Assembly: GCA_964035545.1 (NCBI GenBank)
Contig: OZ037766.1
Coordinates: 10,096,722-10,160,721, forward strand
Origin: Bugula neritina
Lineage: Eukaryota > Animalia > Bryozoa
Length of the DNA: 64,000 nucleotides
Direction of reading: 5' to 3'
Part shown: positions 13,373-36,106 of the stretch, piece after piece
How the letters are laid out: each line of letters opens with the position of its first letter
Position numbering within the stretch: the stretch's first letter is position 1
Translations under genes and position numbers: made by a program
Notes under the pieces: generated by a model
What the model was told of the DNA's origin: nothing
Seen by the model: only the letters and a program-made list of their open reading frames with translations
Database searches by the model: none

Positions 13373-14675
13373 GAATAATTATTAAACTTATTAACATAAT
13401 AAAATTTGCCCATTTCAAGTTAGTTTCAAGTTTTGATAGTACTAGAATCACATGATTTAGCAGAAGCAATATTTGTAGCACTATGACTGGCCGTCATAAT
13501 CATAGACTATAATTATCTTCAAAATTTAATTGAAAACTAATTGAAATTTTAAAATTTTCATGTATTAAAATATCAAACTATTAAACTTAGTTTTTAACGC
13601 TACATCAACTGCTTAGAGTAATTGTTGAATCAAAATGGTTTAGTCATTTACTAGTGTATTGGTGAAAACTCCATTGATTTGACCCGAACTCAAGAAAAAC
13701 TATAAAATTTGAAATAGTGCAAGCAAGAGTTGCCATTGCTTATTTACTATTGTAAATAATTGTCTAAGTTTAGAGTTACTTGGTAACTCTTACTTTTACT
13801 ATAAGTATTGCAAGATTGCATTACATGTTAGTTACTGCGAATAATTTAAATATGCCTATTTTTCAGTAATGCAATTCTGATTATATTAGTTTTAATTCTA
13901 TCACTTATTATTGTGTTGAGTTTGGCAGGTATTAATCACAAAGTCAGTAACTTACTGTTAGCTTTCGGGCAAAGCTTTTACTCTTGGTAGACCTACTTTT
14001 ACTGACTCTAGTAATACTTAAAGGATAGCATTGATGGTTGCTACTCACTAATACCCCTAACACATGATATTCGACATGTCAATTTTGTTTCAAGTCTTTT
14101 GCTTTTGTACTTTTGTTTTTAAAATATAGACATTGAAGTTATCAATATTCTAATATTTAACCTCCAGTTTATTTTGCTAGTATTATTAAATGTATATCAA
14201 AAGGTTTGCTGCTGTGGAACATGCTTTTGTTTTGTCAGAAGACTTAACTAATTGACTTTAACCAATATAAAGATGTGCACTCTGTGAATTTACTACAATA
14301 TAGCAAATTTATAAAATATTTTTCCCTCACACAACATGAGCCTATTTTTATGCTCTCTTAAGTGTAAAAGGACATAAAAATAAAATAAAAGCAACAAACT
14401 GGCAGTGGACCTTTGAACATTTGGTTTATTTACACTGGATTGATTCAAGTCAAGCCAAAGTGGACTTACTTTAGTTTGTATATAATTCAATAAAGTTGTA
14501 AAGACCAAATTGATCTTATGTAACCTCTTTTCAATAAAATACTAATTTTATTATCATACTTTTGCTCCAAGTGCTTCTACATATTTTTGTTTTAACTTGC
14601 TAGATAAGATTCACTCCATATTTATGTTTTCCCCTTCGGTTAGGTTAACATCGCTGAATATAAAATTACTTCAAA

Positions 14676-23994
<9,319 letters not shown>

Positions 23995-24923
23995 TGAGAA
24001 ACAGAACAATTGTGGAAGGTGCAATATAAAGAAATACATTGATAAATATTGTTGACCCCAGTACTAAGGTTTTGAGGTAACAACTTAAATATGCCCTGTT
24101 TACACCATGAATCAAACAGATATTGAAAAAACCGATTGCCTAGTTTTAAATAACATTGAATTGAGTTTAGTATTATTTTATTGTTCTATGGAACATTGAT
24201 ATTTATCACATATTTAACAATTGGTTTTCACAAACTGGCATTCTAAAAGGGCTAAATATTTTTTCCTCTCAGGGGTTGAATTAGGTGTTTAATAACAAAC
24301 TGACCAATGAAACAATTATTGTTTACATGTAGCTTTAAACAGCAATCTTAAATAGTGTTAGCCTTCTGGAAACTTTGGTTAGTAATTGTTAAGTTATTTT
24401 TGTTACTTTTCCTGTTGCTAAAACAATCTGCGAATATTTCTCTTGCTTTTTTTCTATATTAGTATGTTCTTATGTCTGAATATGTTTTCCACTCAAGTAT
24501 ATAACAATTACTATAATGTGTAGCAAATATTTTAAATTGTATTGTCACCAGTTTGTATTATGTTTTATTATGCAAATACAATATTTAGTTTTCTAACACA
24601 GACCTACTATAGTCAAAAGATGTAGCCAAGAGTTCAACTAAAGAGTATAGTAAATACTTTTTTTTATAAATAAATGTTATATCATAATTAAACTTATATA
24701 CAATGTCACATGTGCAGATGTGAGAGTAAAATAATAAGACTGAACTAAAACACTTGCTAGGCTTATTCTCTATCAATGTTGAAATAAAATAACCCTAATG
24801 TGGTTGTAGTTTGGTATCGGGCACATAAAACAAAAATAATAGTACATCAAATTGAATATCTAAGATACCCTATAACTAAGAAACTGTATTATTCAAATAG
24901 TTTAAAGAGTCTAAGTGGTAATT

Positions 24924-27900
24924 CTACCAGTTTTCGTCAGAGTCTGAGGCAAGCACCTGCTTTTCTGACACTCCAAACTGTAGTTGTTTTCGTGATTGCC
25001 TGTCTGTGGAGGTTGAAGGAGAGAATTCATCACAAGTACTAGGTGTGGCACTAGCACTACCCAAACTAGCAGACTTTAATGGTGTGGTCATGTCACTGCA
25101 AAACAAGAAGAATTATAATAATTCTATTCTGGAAATCATTACAAGACTAGTTTCTCCCTAGTTCCTGAAAGACTACATTACATTTAGATCTGCCAGCTTC
25201 ACACAATCTAGATTTGAAATTCCTGATGAAAGCCCTTTTGCCACCTAGAACCTGTTTTTATTATTACGAGGCTTGAGAGTCTGCACATGTGCACCTAGAA
25301 AATAATTTTTACGTTACAGAAAATTGAGCATATAATATGACTTACCTCTCCATAAATCTATATAGCTGAATCCTCCATGCCTTAATTAATCCATCCCAGC
25401 ACCTCCTACTGGTCTTCTTGAACTTGTTAGGAGTTCGTGGGTGAATACCCAGCTTCCTTGAATGTCTAAGGATAATAAAACTGTCATTAATATTGGCTAA
25501 CAAAATTGCCTATCACAACAAAAAACACAACTTCCAATACGTTCACACCAATTATAGAGGAGAGAACTGTGGGAACTCAACAGTCTACCTCATAGATTAT
25601 ATTGAACTGTTAAATTTATTTATTAATTTTTTCAATTATGTAGCAACACATTTTTAGGGAAGTTGGTAATACTCCACAAAGAATGACTAGTGTTGGCTTG
25701 TTGGTGTATCAACTAACTCTGCAAATCAATTCAAACGCTGTGAAGCCAGCAAACTAATATATTGTAAGTCATTATTAGCTTGACATAAACCAGCTATGCC
25801 TTAGAGCTTAGGTGAACATGGCTGACAAGGATATCCTTACCGCGGAACTGCTGCAATATACTTCTCATAGACTTCACAACTTTTGCCATAATCTATCTGT
25901 TTCTGTCTCCTCATCAACACATCCTCATCAGTGACCATCTCCTCACTATCAACACATCAGTTTATCAATAAACACAACCATAATGTAATTGTTAAATCTA
26001 AAGCATGCAGTACTGGCTTCCAACAACAATGTTTGCAATAGTGAGAGGCTAAAACATCAATATGCAGGCCCAAGTCATTTACTTTATATATGTAGAATTT
26101 TTCTAGTCTTACTAAACCCATATGAAGGGTGAATCACAAACAGGCAATCAAGGAGGAAAATTCTATTACAAACCGTGTAGGATGCCTAATTACTCTGGTG
26201 TAGTAACTTCAATTAATCTATGCCTGTGATTAACTAGTAGACAGATTGATCTACTAGTTTGATTTTATTCTCAATTGGCAACAAAAAATTATAAATCTTA
26301 AGTTAGATAAATGTTTTACCACTCTCCAAGTTAACTAGAATTTTTGCTAAAATAACAGCATAATAAATAATGATTTATTTTATTGCATGTTGAAAATTTC
26401 AATACAGCAATATGCATTGACCCTGGCTCTTGATATTTGCAGTAGATATAATATTTGCTTTCTCACTCAGCGATATTTATAGCTTGTGCTTCAAACTTTC
26501 AAATTAGCCTAGTGATTATTAAGTGTACCAATCAAAAATAGTGACTTTCAAACACCGAGTCAAAATTGAGAATCAGCGAAATCCATGTGTGCACAAAATG
26601 TATTATAAAACCAATTTCTTAGGGCATTCAAACTTAGAATTGTAGTTAGATTACATCTAAGCTATTTCTAGATATTTCAAACTGCACCAATGTAACTAGT
26701 TAGCCTTATTAGAGGTATTAGCAGGGGAGAGAACTTTGAAGCAACAAATACACATAATTTTTATAAAATGAAAGTCCAACTCGTATGTTTAAACTAAACT
26801 TGAAACTAATTAGTATGAGCGATGCTAAAAATCTATACTGCTTTCCCTAAGGAATACTTAATATATTGAAAATATGTAAATCTTCAACTTGTGAAACAGT
26901 AAAGTTACTTTTTATGAAGTTGTTTACCTATTAATTCAGGGCAAGCAACTCCAAACTATTTAAAATGATGCTACATTGCCATAAGTTTTGCATTGCCCAG
27001 GTTAGTCAAAGAAAAAAATAACCTCAGGTAGTTATCAAATTGGTAATTCAACTAGATAGTAATGAAAGGTTCTAGGCAGTAACTAGTAATATCTATAAGT
27101 TTAGGTTGTGTTTACATTCTTAGGATTATTCTAATGATTTCTATCATAGCAATAAAATATGCTGATAAATAAATAATAAGTATCAACAACTAATTTTATA
27201 TTACTAACAAAAACATATAATGCAAGTCAAACTAGTATAGTAGTGTTTTGCAGCAAAGTCTTAATGTCTGTCATATTCAGAAATCTTTAAGCATTTAAAA
27301 CTTTCAGTTTGAAATCTGTACTAAGTTGTAAAATACAAGGAAGGTAGACAATGCTAAAGCAAAAAATAACTTGCTATAAAGATATATTCACCTCGGTACT
27401 TCACTTTTTCCCAATGTCTGTAGAACCTCTGCTCGCTTTGCCTTATATGTAGATAGATCTTTTTTTACTATTTCTTGTTGACGATCATATTCATCCACAA
27501 GATCTGCCCAAGAAGGTGAACACTTCTGAGTAGATGCTCTTTAAAAACACAAGGTAACATGTGCAGACATTTAAGGCATTAGCCATAGTTTAAAATTGTG
27601 ATGAAATATATTAAGATATAAATGAACAGCTTCGACAGAACACGACTAATAAAAAACAAACAAATAAAATACTTATGCAAAAAGAATGAACATTATTTAT
27701 TAATGAAAGTTTACTAAAATACTATGATAACTTACCGTTCTGATACAAATTTATTCGGTCGTTTGTCTTTTGATTCATGAGTGCCGTAAGCATTGTAATC
27801 AGACTTTCGACTTAATGGGCTTCTCAGAGGGCTTAATGGACCTTCTCTTTGATATAACTTACTTCTAAAGTTTTAGCACAAAACAATAAATGAAAGCAGC

Positions 27901-28077
27901 CCATCATGTGATCCAAAATCTTTTAAAAAAGTTAATAAAATCCAAAAAGACTGACATTTTAACTAATCTGGAAACCACACTCTATTAATAGGAAGTATGT
28001 AGTTTATAAATGACAAACCTCATAGGACTGCTTCGTTTGTTTCTGTAGGAACTACTGTTAGGAGATTTGGAGTACAT
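24924..28077 (-). CDS. SLBP: Histone RNA hairpin-binding protein (stem-loop binding protein)
   Basis: Exons 28077-28019, 27864-27736, 27538-27392, 25945-25841, 25465-25346, 25095-24924 in phase. RNA-binding domain [65 protein letters not shown], and SWADLVDE resembling the DWASAVEE translation-activation motif. Mostly missed by the ORF track. Confidence 0.93.
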
Positions 28078-28224
28078 TCTGGCAGTAAAAAGATTTTTAG
28101 CACCTGCACATAAAAATGCTAGTAAACTTAGGTTATTGCACACCAAAATTTTTATTTTATTTTTACTTCATTATATTTTTTAATTCTTAAAAAAACATCA
28201 TTATAATATTCTAATTAATTCTGA

Positions 28225-28550
28225 TTATACAAATACTTATACTAATATTAATGTAACACTAATAGTAATTACAACTGTAAGTTATGTTTATGCTATTTTT
28301 ATACTTAGACTCAACTTAAATTTAGTGATATTGATAGTCTTACTTATAGTTAACTCTCAATAACACTGTTACTGTGAGTGTAAGTGTTGCCCATACTGTT
28401 AGTGTTATAGTTATACTAATACTTATTCTTAGTCTTATAGTTATACTTTTAGACAATCACAATGAATATGAGTATGAGATTCAGATTGAGCATGGCTATG
28501 ACAATCGCAATGATACTGATAGTGATACAGATGCTGTGGTAGTTTTGTGA
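28225..28550. repeat. 6-bp periodic low-complexity tract 5' of the first SLBP coding exon
   Basis: actgtt actgtg agtgta agtgtt; agtgtt atagtt atacta; aatatg agtatg; actgat agtgat. Confidence 0.8.
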
Positions 28551-28887
28551 GTAGAATGAAATCAAGTGGGGAGCATAACTCCAATTTAAAAGAAACAAGG
28601 TAGAGTTGTGGTCTTGAGAGAAGAAATCTTTATTATAATATCAAAAGTAGCGTGTGTGGGTAAGTTTGTATCCTGCGTGCTCCAGTGGTACACTGATCTA
28701 CTCTGTGAGCTCGCTTCTTTATATACAGGGACAAAGCCCCTTCTGGAAACTTCTATCAACCAAGTTCGAAAGTCGAACATACCGACAAATTGTCGAGCTT
28801 TCCGACATCAGAATATGTTCCCAACTTTCAGCTGAGATCGATTTACATAAATAAAAACAATTGCCACAAATAACTGTTCACTACTCT

Positions 28888-29040
28888 AGAAGCTTAACAA
28901 TAATTTCAATATTTAAGGCATTAGAAAGCTACCCCAAAAGCTTAGCTATAATTGAAGGCATTCTAAAGTTAGCCAAGAGCTTAGTTATAATTATAGCATT
29001 GAAAAAGATACGCAATAAATAATTATAATACTGAAGCACA
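28888..29040. repeat. Degenerate ~39-bp tandem repeat (3-4 copies)
   Basis: aagcttagctataattgaaggcattctaaagttagccaag / gagcttagttataattatagcattgaaaaagata / aaggcattagaaagctacccc. Confidence 0.55.
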
Positions 29041-29089
29041 TAGTTACTATAACTTTCCAGAACATAGTGGTGAAAACTCTCAAAATCCA

Positions 29090-29720
29090 TCACAATAGTG
29101 CGTGATTGTCACAATGATTGTGAGTTGCGACAATCTGAATCACCATTACTCATTAGTCATTACTCTTTACTGTGATTACAATTTACAGGCATTACTTCAA
29201 GTTCAAAACTCAAGTTTATCAGTCATTGCCAATCAGTATCACTACTATCACTGAAGTGTGAAAGTGAATATCACAAGCTAGAGCACAATATGAACATGAA
29301 TATAACATTCACTCTTAAGTGATTAACTATAAGTATAAGTGACAATATCAAATTCAATATGAATATTATCAATATGAATATGAATATCAATATGATAATG
29401 AGTAGTCAAAGTGAAAGTGAATATCGCAAGTTGAAGAACAATATAAATACGAATATGAATATCAATTATCATTGTCATTGTGATTACCAATATCAATATG
29501 AATATGATTATGAAACTGAGTCTGATAGTCATACTCATACTGATACTCATGGCCATGCTCATAGTGAATATGAATAATTCAGTTGTTATTCACAATCCCA
29601 AAGACAATTATTCACACAATGTGAATGGCAACAGTGAAACTTAAAGTGATACTGATATTCATTAAATTGGATAAATAAATTTTAGCACTGGTAGTGGTGG
29701 AGTAACACTAAGTGTAAGCG
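29090..29720. repeat. 6-bp periodic low-complexity tract
   Basis: aatatg aatatg aatatc aatatg; agtcat actcat actgat actcat; agtgaa agtgaa. Confidence 0.85.
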
Positions 29721-29742
29721 TTGGAAACTTAGATAAGCTTTC

Positions 29743-29830
29743 TTTTCCCGCCTACTATCGAGTGCGATCAATAAAAATAAAATACAAGCCGCTCCTTTGG
29801 ACGGGACTGAAGGCTCTTCAGCGTGATACA
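29743..29830 (-). promoter_or_regulatory. Putative SLBP promoter with E2F site
   Basis: TTTCCCGC at 29744-29751 (GGCGGGAAAA on the minus strand) within a short CpG-containing patch upstream of SLBP. Confidence 0.5.
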
Positions 29831-30940
29831 ATAAATTCTTTACTTTTTAAAAAACTTTGGAGTTATCCTTATCAAAAGTAAAGTAACTCCATATTAATAA
29901 TGTGTTGCTAGTGTGTTATGCTAATCAAATTTGTATTAATGCAATATTTTGAAATAGTTATTCCCTTGTAAAAAGATAACTTTATAAGGCTAGGTTTGGT
30001 ATATACAGCATCATTGTATTTTTGAATAGGCAATAGCAATAGCTCTAACTTAACTTTGTAGTGGAAGAATGTAATTTTATTGCTGTAAAATAAAGCATTC
30101 ACATTTCACATTCAAAGCGAGAACTAAACATTGTTAACACAAGTTTAGCAAAAAGCTACACCTCACCTGTAGGCTGTAGCCAATAGAGTACATATTTGCA
30201 TCTTTTCCTATTCAAGAATTTTAAGCTTTTGCAACATTAAAGGCAGGAGGTAGATTGGTAGAGAGTAAAAAGTTTAGAGAGCTGTAGTTGAAGCAATTTT
30301 TATTTTCTTTCCTAGCTGCAAAATAAACATATACTAAATAATATTCATAATGCATTACAAAGCCTGCACTACCTTGCTGGAAAATTTTGAAATATACTTT
30401 TCATCATTTATTTATAAACATAGTTATACAGGTCAAGTTGTGTTTACTGCAGCATATGAAAATAATATTTTTAAACTTTGTAGTAGCATTTTATAACAGG
30501 ATATTATTTTCCTACTCCTTTTATGCTTTGCTTGCTGAAACATATGAAAAAAAACACAATTTCTTTAAAATTCTTCTAAAATTTGAAAGTAGGTAATAAT
30601 GTTACAATACTACACTACTAGTATTAGAGAGCCTATAAAAATAAGCTAACTCACTAAAAGATATGACAATACAAATTTGTCAACTATAACTGCTGTTATT
30701 ATAGTTTACAAATTGCAAATAGTTACCCTAAAAGTGTATCTAGTATATAAAATATCTTGGCTATGAAAGAATTTTTGTTCTAGAAAACATGTAGAACTTT
30801 CTGTAACTAAGTTGTAAGAGTCCTCCATGTTTCAACTTTCCCTCGATTTACTGTTGAGTATTGAGTAATGGCTGCATTGCATTCATAGAGTTATCTCCCT
30901 TAAGAAGACAACTCTATCTCACTGTACTGCTTCAGATAAA

Positions 30941-31119
30941 ATGCATCTCTGTTAGAACCCCTAATGGGAAAGCTTCTAAGTAAGCTAAAGACTTTTTCAT
31001 TGTTGTATAACAAAGAAACAACTATGACTGGATGCCGTTCCTAACATCCTGATAGCCTTTACTGGAGGTCAAACCATTCACATTGTGTTTTACTAAACCT
31101 ATAGACCATGGCTGCTCCC
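30941..31119 (-). mobile_element. tRNA-derived SINE, degenerate copy (same family as 61122-61322)
   Basis: The minus strand gggagcagccatggtctataggtttag...ggtttgacctccagtaaagg...gatgttaggaacggcatccagtc...ggggttctaacagagatg aligns along its whole length with the 61-kb copy. Confidence 0.75.
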
Positions 31120-32947
31120 TCTATCATCTCATATATAATAGACTACAATATATTATATGTTTTACTTCTTGCCTTTCTAATACACATAATACTGTATCAT
31201 ATATTCATATTAAATACATGCAAAATTGATATATTATTTTTCATGGATCACAATTTGTATCAAAGTATAAGTTATTATATGCTCATACCTTTCTCAATTA
31301 TAAATTAATATGCTGTGAAAATAGCAAACGAATTTGTTAAAATTTTAGTGCAAACCAACTGTTCTGATACATTATATACAGTTATTTTATCATAAATTAC
31401 TTGCTAAACATTTTAAAATAATATCATTTCCTCAGTGTTATAGGAAATGAGATTGTTACATTGATTCTACGACCACTTTTGAAGCTCACATATGAAGTGC
31501 CTAATTGCTTATAGACTATAGTGCTATAATATTTATACTTGTATAATAACACATTTATTAGAGCAGTTATGTGAGTTATGAATTATTGTTATGAATTTTG
31601 TTATCATTTCTGCTTAGCAGCTATCGATAGACTCTTGTTCCAAAAATAATTTGGAGTTGTCATTTTCCTAAAAAAAATACTCGTGTTAATGGGGAAAGTC
31701 TATCTAATGTAGAACTTTTTCTGCAACATCTTTAAAAATGTTGAGCCAAAGTCTTAAAACAAAAGCAATTTAAAAATTAGTACTCTATTTTCTTTTTAAA
31801 GATGTGATAGCCTATATAATGTTTATAATAACATGATAATTAAGTGCAATAAATGGTGTTAGTAAAATGTAAATGTGGTTAGTATATAACAAGTTTAAAT
31901 GCTTATTATTATTCAACTAGCACATATTTTAGATTTCACATATTACGTTAATAATTTCATCATAAAGTTTATATGCAAAGCTATTTAAGAAAGAATATTT
32001 TAATTGGGCATCTATGCTCGAAGAACTGCATACAGAAATAGTTATATCATCAGACTAAACATTCAATTAAAACTATAATGTACAAGCTTCGTTCTGTGTA
32101 GTAAAAAGCACTTTATTTCTCTCACTACTCCATAAGGCCTGGATAACTTGTTTGATCTCTGTTTAACTTTAGAGGCTTTACACAGGCCCTGACTTGAGAC
32201 TAAAAACCTGCAGGAATCATCCCATAACTACAAGACTTATTCTTTCATTAATCAAACACAACAAGCTATTTCTTTCAAACACTGAAAGAAGCATTGTGGT
32301 AATATTGAAATATGATAAATGAAATTGCATATTATATATCTACAAAATAACAATTAATAAACTATAATATGCAATATATGATACTTTATAAACATGTTAT
32401 CTGCATATAATTGAAGCGCGGTATTACAATTTTGCAATTATTTTAAGTTATTGCAGGTTTAGGAATTTTAGAAGAAACACATGTAGCTTTTGAAATCGGC
32501 ATGGCAATCTGACCCAAAACCAGAAGACAGAATTTTTTTCCAATCTAAGAAATCAATCAATGCCAAAATTGAACTCTCTCTCTGTTCGCTGCGTGTTTGT
32601 ATAGTCAATTAAGAACATAAAAAAATAAAATGCAGATATTATTGAGGTACAGCTCAATTTTTGCATTGATTGGTTGCTTATATTGAATGAAATTATATAT
32701 GATATTTGTAATTTCTATAACTCAATTTTTGAATGTATATTATATACATTTTATCTGATGATAGACCTATTTCTGTATGCAGTTCTTCAAGTATAGATAA
32801 CCAATTAAAATACTTTTTCTTAGATAATTTTGTATATAAACTATACAGAATAATAAAAAATATATACTTTTGCTAAAATAATAGATCTCTGTACAATAGT
32901 TTTCGAATAAAATATGCTGACCTATCACACGGTTTCGTTGCGGAAGA

Positions 32948-32962
32948 GGCGGGAGTTTTGAA
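32948..32962 (+). promoter_or_regulatory. CDE/CHR cell-cycle element of the CDC25 promoter
   Basis: GGCGG-GAGT-TTTGAA (CDE, 4-nt spacer, CHR). CCAAT boxes upstream at 32801-32805 and ATTGG at 32669-32673. A probable non-coding exon 1 ends at donor 33078. Confidence 0.75.
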
Positions 32963-33284
32963 CGAGTACATGATTCGTCAGTTTTATAATTAGGCCCTAC
33001 AGTGCTTCAAGGCCGGACGTCACTACATACAGTGCAAGATGAAGCTCAAGACGAAAATGCCCGCTCTCTAATTCTAGGTACTGTCTACGTTAGGCAAGAC
33101 AAGAGACAAATAATTCTTACTTTGGTAATTATAAATAATATAGAAATATTAATAGTACTAATAAATAATATAAAATATTTAGTTTTACTGTTGATGAAGT
33201 TGATTTGAAGCTTCCAAGTCTGCTAAAAATTGCATTTATTTTTAATCGTCAAGTTTAACTTTTAAATGTTCAATGATTTACAAT

Positions 33285-34135
33285 CTGAATCAGTATGACT
33301 ATGAGTATTACTGATCACTAAATCAGTATGAGTATGGCATTGTGGATGACTGTCAGTGTAACTGTATGAGTATCACCATGACTATAGAAATTTAGAATCC
33401 AAAGATCAAGGCTTAAGCTCAACATTATTTGTTAGACTTAGAGTTATACTTATAGTAGCACTAAAAGTGAAACTAAAAGTAACACTAACAGTCCAACACT
33501 AACAGTAACTGTAGGTTCAAGTTACGTTAGCAATACTAATAGTAATAGTAATAGTACTTAGTAGCACTAGTTCAGTAGTTGTAACTATGACTATCAGTAT
33601 CACTATGAGTTTAGGTTAAAAAATTAAACCAACACTAAGAGTAAGTCTAACAGTTTCAATTTGAGTTTCAGTTGTGATTGCAGTGGCTATTACTATAAGT
33701 ATATTTTTAAATAATGATTATATTTATAATAGTAATACTAACTCTAAGGTCTAAGGCTAAGAGTATGACTAAGAGTAAGATTAAGAGGAAAGAGCCAGTT
33801 GCAGTGCTAGGTGCAACCATAATCATTAACATGGGCATTTATGGTTTATTGGTTTAAAAAATTGACTTGGATTGAGAATTTTTGTAAAATTGAGTTTGAA
33901 CTTAAAAGGAAACATGTCAATAAAACTGTAACTTTGAGTTTGCATAATTTTAACTTCGCAAGTCTTATAATTCATAAATATTATGATAATTGGTAGTACT
34001 AACTATAACTATAAGTACATAGAAGTACTAGTTATAATCATAGTAGTACTAATAGTAATAGTTAATGAATAATTTGAATTTTGAATTAATAGTACCACTG
34101 ATTACTAAGACTTAACTTGCTAGAGTAGCATAGGT
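33285..34135. repeat. 6-bp periodic low-complexity tract in probable intron 1 of CDC25
   Basis: agtatg actatg agtatt; actaaa agtgaa actaaa agtaac actaac agt; actaat agtaat agtaat; actaag agtaag. Confidence 0.88.
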
Positions 34136-36106
34136 ATCAGAATATAATTAAAGCTTAGACATACATGTATTTAAACTAAATTAAAATATGTAAGTTTCAC
34201 TTTTAAGCATGCTGCTGCTGGTGCAGTTATAAGTTAATTAGTTGTCATCATTTGCCATAAAGTTAATTTCAAACTGCAAGTCTATTTACTCTGCATGAGG
34301 TTTAATGATTACTCAGTATCTGCAGACTTTAAATCAGTTCATCTAATGGAAAAATAGTACCATCACTGACATGTTCTCATATGTGCAGGGCTACAGTGTT
34401 GATTATAACTAAGTAACAGATTCTTTTAATTCTCTTTAGACTTTACTTATAATGACACTCTAAATGTTAGTAGTGTTTAGCAGTTTTCCAACTTAAATGT
34501 TAGTTAAAACTTTGACAATCGTATTAAATTATTTTAGCTTATGAATTACATGCTGATTATTGTAATGAAAAACTGAGAGCAAGTCCAATCCCGTTTATCA
34601 AAACTCAGGCTCTTGGAATAATTCTTGTTTCATCCATCAATATGAATTTGTAATAAAATGTAATGATAATTAATTTCTTGCATCGTTTGTAATGGATAGT
34701 TCAGAAAATAATGATAATGATGTGCTAACTTTATTACTAAACTAATTTTAATAGTTTTTAAAATCTTAATTGAACTTAACTAACAGACCAAGTAAAACTA
34801 TTCTTGCATACATAATAACAATAGGTTTAAGGATGATAATAATAACATCAGTTAAAATAAATCAGATTTAAAACTGACTGATGATTCAAGTTGACCTTAT
34901 CATCAACAGTTTTGTAATTAAGTGTTCACCTGGTCACTTTAAATAGATCAGAAGAGTTACCCTGGCACTCAAAGTGTGACTGTCATTTCAAAAGCCAGCA
35001 TTACTGTTAATTCTGGTAATTAGACTTGTCAGCTTCATTGTGGTTGCCATAATGTTTAAAATAGTCATACAGCGTAGTTATTTGTAAATACTAAATAATA
35101 AACCAAATGGGGTGTACCAAGTGCTAGTGTTAAAACATGGTTTTGCATAGTGTTTATCTAGTTCAAATTTCAGTGTGTCAAATAACAACCAAGAGTGGGT
35201 TTTAATTTAAAGAGTTAAATTAGTACAAGTAATTTATACACCAATGTAATTCCCGATAACCAGTCTGCAACCCAGTTACTGGTATTTGGTAATAGTTGAG
35301 CATTTTATGCAAGATGTTAGTCAATAAAATGTATTGGTCAGTCCTGCAATAAACATTGTAGAGATATAATTTTTCATAATTATTGTGGCTCAGAAAATTT
35401 TCTTACCAACATTTATTTTTGAAGCATAAATATAGTTAAGTTTCCCCTGATGCTTTTATGCTGCATTATTGTTAAAAAAATTTGTTGTGGCTCTCCTGAA
35501 GGAATTTATTATTGAAATCTCTAACTATGTAATGCTGCATATTTTTAGAAAATACTATGATTAAAAAGCAGTATAAATGTGATGTTAATGCAAGATGAAA
35601 TGGGTATAACTTCTAGAAGATACAGTTTATTGTCAGTGATACAAAGTTTAATGATACATCAGTATGATTTTTATTGCTGCTTAGTTTTTAAATACATGCA
35701 ACTGGTGTAAATCAATAATTTACAGTTAGCCTATATGTGATTTGCCTTGAAGTTTGAACCTTCTCTAAAGGTATTAGAGTTCCATGCTGGGTTAATCTAA
35801 TTTCTTTTTAAGGTTGTGCTTATTCGTTTCTATTCTCTTTATTTTATTTGTTAAAATGATATTTTTTACAAGCCTTATGTCATCATTAGAATAAAACTAT
35901 ACGTTTTGTTTTACAGTATGTCATAGCATTGTGACGAACGAACATTTTAAATAAAACTATGGTAATGGTACATTTAGGGTTAAAGCATATAATCATATAC
36001 ATTCAGAAGAGCCCTACTGTATTTTCACAGGTATTTAAAGTGGCTGGAAAAGCAATCTTCTTTGTCGTTAATATTTTGCCTGTGGATAGTAACAAGAATA
36101 CTGGAC

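Noticed and set aside
25229-25245. AAAGCCCTTTTGCCACC resembling a broken histone stem-loop in an SLBP intron
   Set aside because: Cannot form the 6-bp stem and is antisense to SLBP.
25236-25293. Alternative SLBP acceptors at 25293, 25251 and 25244
   Set aside because: Give near-immediate stops or a very short intron; acceptor 25095 has a better pyrimidine tract and a longer ORF.
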